Part shown: positions 18,680-27,762 of the stretch, piece by piece
Position numbering within the stretch: position 1 is the first letter of the stretch
How the letters are laid out: each line of letters begins with the position of its first letter
From: an uncultured virus (IMG/VR IMGVR_UViG_3300020183_000055)
Lineage: Duplodnaviria > Heunggongvirae > Uroviricota > Caudoviricetes
IMG/VR virus record: IMGVR_UViG_3300020183_000055
Span: 1-64,000 of that record
Strand: one strand, 5' to 3'
DNA length: 64,000 nt
The notes under the pieces: model-generated
The model's input: only the letters and a program-made list of their open reading frames with translations
Database searches by the model: none
What the model was told of the DNA's origin: nothing
Made by a program: the position numbers and the translations under genes

Positions 18680-19266
18680 CAGGGACTACTGGATTTAATG
18701 CCAAGAAGTTTGCGATATCTGGCAACATTACAGGACCAATATCTAGGTTTCCATTTTGGTCCAGGGTTATCGCATCCGTGTCTGGCTCTGAACGACTTTG
18801 CCCTTTTAGGGTCGTCGTTTCTCACCCTCATTCCTGGCTGTCCAAATCTAACTAAAACAACTTTTCCGGATTCATTTTTTGTGTAGACCCCAAATTTTCT
18901 AGGACCTCCGGAAGTTCTGAAAGGTCTATTGAGATTTACTTTTCTCCCTCTATATTCCGCCTCGTGTAGGTCTTCTTCTAGAAATGGAACGTCAAGCCAA
19001 ACTTCAACACCTTCGAAAAAATCTCTTTTACCTAGATCTGACTCCAGAAAAAATAGTTCATCCTCATTAAAATTCAAAACGTTGTTTTCCCAAAGTTCTC
19101 TGGCCTCATTGATCATCTGAAACCATGATTCTGAACCAATTCTGAAGACGCTCTCAGAAAGTGAAAGATTGTTATCTATGTGATAATTGAATCTTTCGAA
19201 ATTAACAATCTCGAAAACTTTTTGGTTGTGGATCTTTGACCACAATTCTGGATCGGGTATTTGCAT
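18676..19266 (-). CDS. Conserved T4-like phage protein (DUF6321-like C-terminal domain)
   Basis: LHEAEYRGRKVNLN...VRFG...KSFRARHGCD...RYWSC, a motif set recalled from T4-like aquatic phages. Confidence 0.55.
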   Translation of the reverse strand: MQIPDPELWSKIHNQKVFEIVNFERFNYHIDNNLSLSESVFRIGSESWFQMINEARELWENNVLNFNEDELFFLESDLGKRDFFEGVEVWLDVPFLEEDLHEAEYRGRKVNLNRPFRTSGGPRKFGVYTKNESGKVVLVRFGQPGMRVRNDDPKRAKSFRARHGCDNPGPKWKPRYWSCNVARYRKLLGIKSSSPW

Positions 19267-19316
19267 AACTTATATATTCTTCTTTTCAACAAAAAAATTT
19301 CAAATAAGTGTTTTGT

Positions 19317-19748
19317 TTAATTCTTAAAAATATTTTTACCCTCAGATGTGAAATAAATGAAATTATGTGTACTTGTTTCTTTATAAAAATTATACTCACA
19401 TATTAAATTATTTTCTTTACTTAAAAATTTATTATCCCCCAAATCGTGATGAGATTTCATAATACTTTGGTACAACCTAACCGCAACATCGTCATCTTTT
19501 GTTGAGTGGCTGGCTAAAAAGTTTTTTGTCCCACCATATCTAAAGAAATAAAATGTGGTCATATCAAGGTAAGGGCTAGCAGTGTACATTACCCAATATT
19601 CATCCTGTCTAATCACATCCCATTCGGTTATTTTAAATTCAAGTCTATTTCGATGTTTGATTTCTTCTTGGGTAAAACCAACCATAGGTTTTTGGGCGAA
19701 TGACATTGAGCTAAGTAGAACAAGCAGGATTATAAGTAATTGTTTCAT
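19317..19748 (-). CDS. Secreted/periplasmic hypothetical protein
   Basis: Signal peptide MKQLLIILLVLLSSMSFA|Q; Gln at +1 is typical of Bacteroidota. Confidence 0.6.
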   Translation of the reverse strand: MKQLLIILLVLLSSMSFAQKPMVGFTQEEIKHRNRLEFKITEWDVIRQDEYWVMYTASPYLDMTTFYFFRYGGTKNFLASHSTKDDDVAVRLYQSIMKSHHDLGDNKFLSKENNLICEYNFYKETSTHNFIYFTSEGKNIFKN

Positions 19749-19778
19749 TTTAATTTTTTATTTTTAGATTTGTGAAAA

Positions 19779-20174
19779 TTATTTTATTTTTTCCGAAATA
19801 CGGGTTTTTGATCGTTCCGAGATAGGGATTGGGTTTCCTTCCTCGTCAATCCTCACAAATTTGATGTTTGTTCTAAGAATTACTTTCTGATCTCCAGTGT
19901 ACACGTTGTGTGCTCTTGCCTCGATATAAATTGTAACCGACGTTGTGCCGATTTCAGCCGGATTTCCATAAATTTTTAAAAGTTGACCTTCTTTTGCAGG
20001 CCTTTCGAAAAAGCATTTATCTATGGACACAGTTACCATTCTTGGAGAATCACACAGCTGCATGGCATATCCAGCAGCAGCAGCATCAATCCATTTCAGC
20101 AACTGACCGCCGAACAAATTTCCATGGAAGCCAAGATCTGACTTTTTAACAGGATACATCGAGAGCACTTCCAT
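19779..20174 (-). CDS. Acyl-CoA thioesterase (hotdog fold, YciA-like)
   Basis: DLGFHGNLFGGQLLKWID, MVTVSID, IGTTSV and FVRIDEEGNPIP. Confidence 0.85.
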   Translation of the reverse strand: MEVLSMYPVKKSDLGFHGNLFGGQLLKWIDAAAAGYAMQLCDSPRMVTVSIDKCFFERPAKEGQLLKIYGNPAEIGTTSVTIYIEARAHNVYTGDQKVILRTNIKFVRIDEEGNPIPISERSKTRISEKIK

Positions 20175-20184
20175 CTTTTTTCTT

Positions 20185-21432
20185 TTATGCTGAAGCCGGT
20201 TGATTTTGTGAATTTAGCTTCATGGCTGCTGCCTTTTTGAAGTTTTCTAAATTTCTGAGGATTCTTTCTTTTTCCCCTGGATGAAATGATCCGAAAAAAG
20301 GCATTTCGGTAACTTGTTTCATTTTTTCGTAGGAAATTTCCGGATTTCCAGTGTGATAGGCAGCCAAAGAAAATTCGTCCAACAACCTCCATTGCCAAAT
20401 TTCTGGTTCGATAAATAGGATGTCTCCGGTTCCTGGATTCTTCATGGCCATCGTACCATAGGTGAAAGACAACACAAACCGATTTTGCTCCCTCAATTTT
20501 CTCATACAGTGAAATACCGCCTCAAGTCTTTCTGGTCTGAATTCCCAAGCTTTAGAATAGGCCTGAATGACCTCGTCCGGATGTCTCCCGAGTTTTTCTT
20601 TCAACCTTCCAATCATGTACAAAGAGTAGTAGATCTCTTCTGGCCATCCCCCAGCGTTGGCTCTTTTTTCATAGGCTTGTAGAGACTTTAGGTTTTGGTT
20701 TGAATCCCGATAACTTTGGGCGAGATAAAACATGTATCTGGTATTGGTGGGATCCTCCTTTAAAGCTTTCTCCAAAATTTCAGCGTCTTTAGAGTACTTT
20801 TCTTCCAAAGAAGAAGCTCTTTTTAACGGGGAGATATTGGCGTTCACCAAACATCTGTCGTTGGGGATTTGTGCCTGATATAAAGGTTGTTTTCCAGGCA
20901 AATCTAAATATTCGTGAAGAACCCCTTTGTAAACCCAATTTTGGTCAGACTTCACAATTTGAGCCCGGTAGTACTGCAAAGAATTCAACTTGTATTGAAT
21001 TTGAAAGCAGTCTACTCCGTCTGGTAAATCTGAAAAGGGATTTGTTCCTGGATTTAAATTTTCAAATAAATCATCGGCATCAATAATCCATCGATAATCA
21101 CACTTTCCATAGGATAATTCCAAACTTTCTGTTCGATTGACTTCGAAATTAACCCAAGGTCTTTCATGGAGTTCGCCCGGGATATTTAATTCTTCCATGG
21201 TACTCCTGATCTCAGAAATGGTATTGTCCCGAGAACCAGTATCACAGATTACCCAATAGGAAATATAAGGTGCAACTCTTTCAAGACATTTGCGAATTGT
21301 GTCACCTTCGTCTTTGACGATCATGACCAAACAAAAGGTGAACTTTTGTTTGTGGGGTAAACCCGTTAAAGAAGTTAGTGATTTAGATGGAGATTTTTTG
21401 GATTTTGGTTTATTCTTTGTGGATTTAGACAT
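20185..21432 (-). CDS. GT2-family glycosyltransferase with TPR repeats
   Basis: LVMIVKDE, ICDTGSRD, IIDADD, GVLHEY and RYMFYLAQSYRD. Confidence 0.85.
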   Translation of the reverse strand: MSKSTKNKPKSKKSPSKSLTSLTGLPHKQKFTFCLVMIVKDEGDTIRKCLERVAPYISYWVICDTGSRDNTISEIRSTMEELNIPGELHERPWVNFEVNRTESLELSYGKCDYRWIIDADDLFENLNPGTNPFSDLPDGVDCFQIQYKLNSLQYYRAQIVKSDQNWVYKGVLHEYLDLPGKQPLYQAQIPNDRCLVNANISPLKRASSLEEKYSKDAEILEKALKEDPTNTRYMFYLAQSYRDSNQNLKSLQAYEKRANAGGWPEEIYYSLYMIGRLKEKLGRHPDEVIQAYSKAWEFRPERLEAVFHCMRKLREQNRFVLSFTYGTMAMKNPGTGDILFIEPEIWQWRLLDEFSLAAYHTGNPEISYEKMKQVTEMPFFGSFHPGEKERILRNLENFKKAAAMKLNSQNQPASA

Positions 21433-21472
21433 AAAAAAACTTTCTTTTTATATCTAATTTTTTGAAAAAATT

Positions 21473-22153
21473 TCAGATTTTCTGAATTTCTAAAATTTTC
21501 TCCAACGTGTAACCCAGAAGACTAGATTTGGTAAAGTTCGCCTTTATACGGATGGGATTTGATTTTGATTCGGAAACCAGTTCAAGGTCCAAGAAATCCG
21601 AACTATTTTCCTCTGGTATGTTTTGAGTATTTGCAAAGGATGATTTTTTTAAAGTTCGTCCAGTCCAAATCAACAAAGTTAAATTTGCCAATTTCGAATC
21701 CAAAATTTTCACAATTTGATTTGTTGTTAATATTTCCAACTTTATTCCGAGAAATCCATTAGAACTCGGCGAATAAATGGAAAATAAAGAATATCCAATC
21801 CCTTCCAAAAGTTCTGGGACCGTATCATTCTTTACAGTGAATAAAGGAAAGGATCCAGAATGAAGGTGCTGTTTGAATTTTATTCCACTTTCAACGAAGA
21901 ATCCAATTAGGGTTTCCGCCAGGAATGAATCAGAAAGCTTTCTTCGAAATTTGACATGTAAAGTTGGATTGGGTCCTGCCGCCAATTTTGTTGGCTTGAG
22001 ATCCATCCCAATTTTAAACAAATAATTTTCGAGCTGTATTCCTATTTTACCAACCTGGCTAAAATGTGACATTTCGATTTTATTCTTCAGATGAATTTCT
22101 TCTTCGAAGTTTTCTACAAATCCCGTCAGTAAATCTACCTTGTATTTTGACAT
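21473..22153 (-). CDS. Hypothetical protein
   Basis: 226-aa ORF; no recognisable motif. Confidence 0.6.
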   Translation of the reverse strand: MSKYKVDLLTGFVENFEEEIHLKNKIEMSHFSQVGKIGIQLENYLFKIGMDLKPTKLAAGPNPTLHVKFRRKLSDSFLAETLIGFFVESGIKFKQHLHSGSFPLFTVKNDTVPELLEGIGYSLFSIYSPSSNGFLGIKLEILTTNQIVKILDSKLANLTLLIWTGRTLKKSSFANTQNIPEENSSDFLDLELVSESKSNPIRIKANFTKSSLLGYTLEKILEIQKI

Positions 22154-22186
22154 AAATTAAATGTGATTCAGGTTGACCTGTTTCTT

Positions 22187-22828
22187 TTAATTTGTTTTAG
22201 AATCGGTTTTTTTGAGATTCAGTTGGTTCACAATTTTTTTGTATAAACGATCTATTCCTACACCGGAGTCGAATTTTTTCAATTTTCTGCTTTTGGTGTA
22301 CAGATCGATCAGAGGAGCAGTTTTTTCCGTGTAGGTTTGGAATCTTTTTTTAATTACCTCTGGATCTTTGTCATCCTCACGATTTTCTTTTTCGGCTCTG
22401 GATAAAATCCTATCCGTAGCGGTTTTTTCGTCCAAATCCAAATAGATTGTGTGGCTTAGACCTAATCCCATTTTACCGAGCAAAGAGTCCAACATTCCAG
22501 CCTGTTTAACCGTTCTAGGAAATCCGTCGAGAATGATTCCCATTCCAGGATCTAACTTTTTAAGTTCTTTTCTGAGCATTGATACCATCGTTCCATCGTC
22601 AATATACTCGCCCTTTGCAATCTTCGCTTTTAATTCTGGGTCCTTCGATTTTCGAATCAAATCCCCAGTAGAAATATGATTGTAACCTTCTTTTTCAGAA
22701 AGTCTTTTTGAGAAGGTCCCTTTCCCGGATCCAGGAGGGCCCATGATTACTAAGATCTTGCCCTGAAAATCAGGAAGCTCTCTTTCGTGAAGGTGGACAA
22801 ATTCGTCGAATTTTTTAACTGTGCTCAT
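22187..22828 (-). CDS. adk: Adenylate kinase (short LID) with an N-terminal capsid-targeting-like leader
   Basis: GPPGSGKGT, HISTGDLIR, ILDGFPRTVKQA and REDD; likely start MSTVKKFDEFVHLHE at 22828. Confidence 0.9.
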   Translation of the reverse strand: MSTVKKFDEFVHLHERELPDFQGKILVIMGPPGSGKGTFSKRLSEKEGYNHISTGDLIRKSKDPELKAKIAKGEYIDDGTMVSMLRKELKKLDPGMGIILDGFPRTVKQAGMLDSLLGKMGLGLSHTIYLDLDEKTATDRILSRAEKENREDDKDPEVIKKRFQTYTEKTAPLIDLYTKSRKLKKFDSGVGIDRLYKKIVNQLNLKKTDSKTN

Positions 22829-23033
22829 ATTTAATAATCGTATTTTGAATTGGGAATCTGAAAAGGGGAACTCTTCTTGAATCTTGGCTTTCTTGATAAA
22901 CCTCATAAAAATTGTAATGGGCTTGAGAAAGTTGAATGGTCATGATTTCAGAGTACACTCCTCTTAGATGTCGTGATTCAGATTCTACCTGGAGGGTGTG
23001 TTTTTTGGTGTTAAAGATTAAAATATTTGTCAT
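22815..23033 (-). CDS. Hypothetical protein
   Basis: 72-aa ORF between nrdA-C and adk. Confidence 0.5.
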   Translation of the reverse strand: MTNILIFNTKKHTLQVESESRHLRGVYSEIMTIQLSQAHYNFYEVYQESQDSRRVPLFRFPIQNTIIKYEHS

Positions 23034-23054
23034 GGTTTTTATTAAAATGTAAAA

Positions 23055-24851
23055 TTAAGATCCACAGGCGATACAATCATCTGGGTTGTCCAAACTACAA
23101 CTTAAATCTTCTAAAGTTTGGTTGGCCAGAACTTGTAATTCTTCATTTGGGGTTTCCAAAGTCTTTTTGAAAACTTTGGGCTCTTCTTTTTTTGGTATTG
23201 TCTGATATTTAGAAACGTCTATCCCAAGTCCAGTCATGGCGTCTACAGCGGACTTAGTGCGAAGATAATACATGCCAGTTTTCAAACCCAATTTCCAAGA
23301 ATGGAAATGGGCGGCAGTTAATTTGGCAGCGTTAACACCTTCAATGAAAAGGTTGAGAGATTGGGATTGACAAATGAATCTACCTCTTTCTGCAGACATC
23401 TCAATAAGATCTTTCTGTTTGATTTCCCAAACCGTTTTGTAAACCTCCTTGATGTCATCGGGGATGTTTGGAATGTTTTGAACAGATCCTTTGTGGATGA
23501 TAATCAAATTTTTAACATCTTCATTCCAAAGACCCAAATTGATTAGATCTTTCACAAGATATTTGTTGATGATGATAAATTCTCCCGACAGGGTTCTTCT
23601 TGTATAAATATTGGAGGTAAAAGGTTCAAATGCTTCATTGTTTCCCATAATTTGAGCTGTGCTCGCGGTTGGCATGGGTGCCAGAAGCAAAGAATTTCTG
23701 GATCCGTGTTTCATCACAGATTTTCTCAATTTATCCCAGTCCCATCTACCAGAAAGTTCGGAATCTGTAACGTCCCAGAGGTTAAATTGGAATTTGCCTT
23801 GGCAAAGAGGAGATCCAGGAAAACTCTCATAATGACCTTCTTTCTTAGCCAAATCCACAGAAGCAGACATAGAAGCGAAGTAAATGGTTTCAAAAATTTC
23901 AGAGTTGATTTTTCTTGCCTCTGGAGATGTAAATGGCAATCCCATAATGGCAAAAAGATCAGCTAAACCCTGAATTCCAATGCCAATTGGGCGGTGTCTG
24001 AAATTCGAATTTTTAGTTTCTGGGGTTGGATAAAAATTAACATCAATTACCTTGTTCAAATTTAATGTTGTTTGGTAGGCAACATTGTAAAGCAATTCGT
24101 GATCTACCTCGCATTTTTTTCTGGCAATCTTGGAGGTTCTTGCGTCTGTAGATTTCAGAAACTTATTCACCGCGATCGAAGCCAAGTTACAAACTGCAGT
24201 TTCGTCTTTACTGGCATATTCTATAATTTCTGTGCACAAATTAGAAGATTTGATTGTACCTAAATTTTGTTGGTTGGATTTCCTGTTGGCCGCATCCTTA
24301 TACAAAATATATGGGGTTCCGGTTTCAATTTGTGAATCCAAAATCTTGCCCCACAAATCCCGGGCCTTAATTGTTTTTCTGGCCTTCCCAGCCTCTTCTG
24401 CTTCCAAATAAGCGGCATTGAATTCCTTTCCAAATTTTTCATGTAAATTGGGAACTTCGGATGGAGAAAACAAAGACCAGGTAGAATCCTCGTGAACCCT
24501 CTCCATAAATAAATCGGGAATCCACAAAGCCAAAAACAAATCTCTGGCTCTTCTTTCTTCTTTACCTGTATTTTTTCTTAAGTCCAGAAAATCTTCAACA
24601 TCAGCATGCCAAGGTTCTAGATAAATGGCGAAGCTTCCCTTTCTCTTTCCACCCCCATTGTGAACAATTGATACATTCGTAGAGTAATTAGGAATCTCAG
24701 AAATTCGCAGATCGTAAACTTTTCCTTCCCTACCTGATATTTTTTCTACTTTTGTTACCTTATTGAATTTCAATTTAGAGACAGAAAGTACAGATGATTC
24801 CTCATGGAGCTCTCCATCCTGTAGAGGGTGATGTAAAAAGATGTTTGCCAT
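23055..24851 (-). CDS. nrdA: Ribonucleotide reductase class Ia alpha subunit, C-terminal fragment, preceded by the split-intein C part (65 aa)
   Basis: KVYDLRI...IVHN|GGGKRKGSFAIYLEPWH; SSNLCTEI (thiyl Cys), VCNLAS, APMPTAST, LKTGMYYLR and C-terminal CxxC. Confidence 0.95.
   Translation of the reverse strand: MANIFLHHPLQDGELHEESSVLSVSKLKFNKVTKVEKISGREGKVYDLRISEIPNYSTNVSIVHNGGGKRKGSFAIYLEPWHADVEDFLDLRKNTGKEERRARDLFLALWIPDLFMERVHEDSTWSLFSPSEVPNLHEKFGKEFNAAYLEAEEAGKARKTIKARDLWGKILDSQIETGTPYILYKDAANRKSNQQNLGTIKSSNLCTEIIEYASKDETAVCNLASIAVNKFLKSTDARTSKIARKKCEVDHELLYNVAYQTTLNLNKVIDVNFYPTPETKNSNFRHRPIGIGIQGLADLFAIMGLPFTSPEARKINSEIFETIYFASMSASVDLAKKEGHYESFPGSPLCQGKFQFNLWDVTDSELSGRWDWDKLRKSVMKHGSRNSLLLAPMPTASTAQIMGNNEAFEPFTSNIYTRRTLSGEFIIINKYLVKDLINLGLWNEDVKNLIIIHKGSVQNIPNIPDDIKEVYKTVWEIKQKDLIEMSAERGRFICQSQSLNLFIEGVNAAKLTAAHFHSWKLGLKTGMYYLRTKSAVDAMTGLGIDVSKYQTIPKKEEPKVFKKTLETPNEELQVLANQTLEDLSCSLDNPDDCIACGS
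24657..24851 (-). other. Split intein/Hint C-terminal part (IntC); the +1 residue is Gly
   Basis: Block F (VYDL) and block G (IVHN) followed by GGG. Confidence 0.85.
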
Positions 24852-24883
24852 TTTATGAATTTTATTTTTACTTTGAAATAATT

Positions 24884-26071
24884 TTACATTTTTAGTAAAA
24901 TATCGCTATCCGTTAATTTTTTTGCCTCAATCCACTCTGCTTCTACAATTCCCATAGATAACTTTTCTTCTAAATTGTCAATAGATGATCCGTTTCTAAC
25001 AACTAAAAAAAGATGATCTTCTGTTACTATGTTTTCTCCATCTTCCGTTTGAACTGATATTAAATTTTTATCTCCAATGGGGTAATCCAAATTTTGAATT
25101 ACCTCGTGTTTATTACCATCTGAAGAGATAACAAAATCCCCAGGATATATTTCATCAATTCTAGAGAATCCGCCTTCCATTTTAATCAAAGTTTCACCAA
25201 CAAAACATTGGTCAACATACCTAGCGGTTTCATTATAAACTCTAAGCATAGGTATAATCCCATTTGATTTACCATTTGTTCCTCTGATGTAAGAATCTGT
25301 TGCTCTAACATTGTGAATTGCCAAACCAATTCCCCCGGCATGCTGAGAAATCAAGGCAACGTCGGAAAGAGTTTTGTAAATTCCGGGGATAGAATCTTCC
25401 GACATGGTTAACAAGAAACAGGAAGACAATTGAGGCTTTTTCGTTCCGGCGTTAAAAAGTGTCGGAGTTGCGTGAGTCATCATGTGATTTGAAAGCAACT
25501 CGTAGGTCTTAATCGTGTTTTTGATGTCATCCCCCCAAATTCCAACCGCTACTCTCATGTACATGTGTTGAGGGGTTTCTGCCGGTTTGCCGAGCATCTT
25601 GAGAAGGTAACTTTTCTCGAGTGTTTTAAAACCAAAATATTCGAAATTAAAATCCCGATCGTGAATAATGGCTGAATCCAAAGTGTCTTTATGTTCCATC
25701 ACCACCCGATAGGTTTCTTCGGAGATCAAACCAGATTCCAATCCGGTTTCGGGATCGATGTAGGAAAACAAATCCTGGATAGTTTCCGAGAATTTTTTCT
25801 TTGTAGATTTGTGCAATCTTGAAACCGCTATTCTAGAAGCCAAGATGGAGTAGTCTGGATGTCGTGGAATCAAAGAAGCAGCTGTTTCTGCTGCTAAATT
25901 ATCCAGTTCCCAAGTTGAAATTCCATCATAAATACCGGCAATAACTTTTTGTGCTATCTCCATAGCATCTACGAAGTCAGAATTTAATCCATAGGTTACC
26001 TTTCGAATCCGATTTGAGATTTTATCAAATCTGACTGCTTCTTTCGAACCATCTCTCTTTTTTACAAACAT
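24884..26071 (-). CDS. nrdA: Ribonucleotide reductase class Ia alpha subunit, N-terminal fragment (288 aa) fused to the split-intein N part (107 aa)
   Basis: ATP cone (MFVKKRDG), [30 protein letters not shown] and [14 protein letters not shown]. Confidence 0.95.
   Translation of the reverse strand: MFVKKRDGSKEAVRFDKISNRIRKVTYGLNSDFVDAMEIAQKVIAGIYDGISTWELDNLAAETAASLIPRHPDYSILASRIAVSRLHKSTKKKFSETIQDLFSYIDPETGLESGLISEETYRVVMEHKDTLDSAIIHDRDFNFEYFGFKTLEKSYLLKMLGKPAETPQHMYMRVAVGIWGDDIKNTIKTYELLSNHMMTHATPTLFNAGTKKPQLSSCFLLTMSEDSIPGIYKTLSDVALISQHAGGIGLAIHNVRATDSYIRGTNGKSNGIIPMLRVYNETARYVDQCFVGETLIKMEGGFSRIDEIYPGDFVISSDGNKHEVIQNLDYPIGDKNLISVQTEDGENIVTEDHLFLVVRNGSSIDNLEEKLSMGIVEAEWIEAKKLTDSDILLKM
24887..25207 (-). 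other. Split intein/Hint N-terminal part (IntN)
   Basis: Block [23 protein letters not shown]; block [11 protein letters not shown] (TxxH); [14 protein letters not shown], then a stop. Confidence 0.9.
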
Positions 26072-26086
26072 TTTTATGAATTTTTT

Positions 26087-27070
26087 TTAGAAATCTACAT
26101 CCAAATCAAAAGCATCGGATGATGCATTGAGAACTCCCGCCTTCTGATATTCAGCCACTCTTTTTTCAAAGAAGTTGGTTTTACCCTGTAAAGAAATGTT
26201 GGTCATGAAGTCAAATGGATTTTCCGACCCATATACCTTCGAACATCCCAAAGAAACCAAAAGTCTATCTGTTACAAATTCCAGGTATTGACTCATAAGA
26301 TCAGAGTTCATTCCAATCAGTCTCACCGGAAGAGATTCTAAAATAAATTCTTTTTCGATGGCCAAGGCGCTGACAATAATTTCCTTGATTCTCTCTTCCG
26401 AAACTTTGTTTGAAAGATATTTATTGTGAAGAAGAACAGCGAAGTCACAGTGCAGTCCCTCGTCCCGTGAAATTAGTTCATTGGAAAAAGAAAGACCTGG
26501 CATCAGACCTCTTTTCTTCAACCAAAAGATTGAACAGAAAGATCCAGAAAAGAAAATTCCTTCTACTGCAGCAAAAGCAATCAATCTCTCTTGAAAATGC
26601 GGCGAGTTAATCCATTTCAGCGCCCAATCTGCTTTTTTCTTCACGGCAGGAATAGTTTCAATGGCGTGAAATAGACGGTGCTTTTCCTGGGGGTCAGAAA
26701 TATAGGTATCAATCAACAAAGAATAGGTTTCAGAGTGAATGTTTTCCATCATGATTTGAAACCCGTAGAAAAATTTTGCTTCCGTGTATTGAACTTCTCT
26801 GACAAAGTTCTCTGCCAAATTTTCATTCACGATTCCATCCGAAGCTGCGAAGAAGGCCAAAACGTGTTTGATGAAATGTTTTTCATCCTCGTTCAATTCG
26901 TTTCTCCAATGATCCAGATCTGAAGAAAGATCAATTTCTTCGGCAGTCCAAATGCATGCCATTTGATTCTTATACTGAGACCAAAGTTCATCGTGTTGAA
27001 TTGGGAAAATGACAAATCGATCTGGATTTTCTTGTAGGATCGGTTCTGGTAACGAATATTCTTCCATCAT
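26087..27070 (-). CDS. nrdB: Ribonucleotide reductase class Ia beta subunit
   Basis: [39 protein letters not shown] and SRDEGLH. Confidence 0.97.
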   Translation of the reverse strand: MMEEYSLPEPILQENPDRFVIFPIQHDELWSQYKNQMACIWTAEEIDLSSDLDHWRNELNEDEKHFIKHVLAFFAASDGIVNENLAENFVREVQYTEAKFFYGFQIMMENIHSETYSLLIDTYISDPQEKHRLFHAIETIPAVKKKADWALKWINSPHFQERLIAFAAVEGIFFSGSFCSIFWLKKRGLMPGLSFSNELISRDEGLHCDFAVLLHNKYLSNKVSEERIKEIIVSALAIEKEFILESLPVRLIGMNSDLMSQYLEFVTDRLLVSLGCSKVYGSENPFDFMTNISLQGKTNFFEKRVAEYQKAGVLNASSDAFDLDVDF

Positions 27071-27113
27071 AGGGTTTCTATTTATTTTTATGTTTTGAGT
27101 AAGATTTAGTAAA

Positions 27114-27602
27114 TTAATATCCGCCTGGTCTATTTTGTCTCTCTACGTTATGCTTATTCTTAGCAACATAGTAGTTAGTAATCATTTCAGGGGTTAATCC
27201 AATTGCAATGGCTTCATTCATTATGAAATGTAACTTGTCTATCCATTCATATCTAAGTTCTTTCAATTCCTCTTCAGTTAAATCCGAAAGGGATCTTGCC
27301 ATTGCTTCTTTGTGTTTTGATTTCCAAGGCTTCCAACAGGAAGGATAAGTGTGGATTCCGGTAAGAGCATTTTGCATTTCCCTGTCCTCGTCTCGGATTG
27401 CTTCCTCGTTCCAATCAATAAATTCTTTTAACTTTCCAATTGAAGACCGGATCTCTTCAAAGTTGTATCCATATACTTCTTCTTGGATCGATTTCTGCAT
27501 GTTATAGATTAGTTCTAAAGCATCATTTCCTTTTTCTCTTAAATCTTGATAGTCGTTATTGACATCAATCTGTGCACATTGTTGAAAATTCTTATTCTCC
27601 AT
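27114..27602 (-). CDS. Dimeric dUTPase/dCTPase (MazG-like all-alpha NTP pyrophosphatase)
   Basis: [17 protein letters not shown] and KNKHNVERQ...GY; adjacent to nrdB. Confidence 0.7.
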   Translation of the reverse strand: MENKNFQQCAQIDVNNDYQDLREKGNDALELIYNMQKSIQEEVYGYNFEEIRSSIGKLKEFIDWNEEAIRDEDREMQNALTGIHTYPSCWKPWKSKHKEAMARSLSDLTEEELKELRYEWIDKLHFIMNEAIAIGLTPEMITNYYVAKNKHNVERQNRPGGY

Positions 27603-27762
27603 TTTTCTTTTAAATTTTTCTGTATTCGGTGTTATAATTACTTCTAATTTGATAGTACATCTTTCCCACTAGACAGGTTTGCAATCAAATAAATCATTCT
27701 TTTTCCCATTGGATTTTATATATCAAGCCCGACCTAGAAACTTGGGGTCTGATGTGGAATTC

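Noticed and set aside
24852..24883. nrdA break as a frameshift, sequencing error or group I intron
   Set aside because: There is a clean stop, a 32-bp AT-rich spacer and a start context matching the first gene; the break falls between intein blocks B and F, where split inteins break; the spacer is too short for an intron
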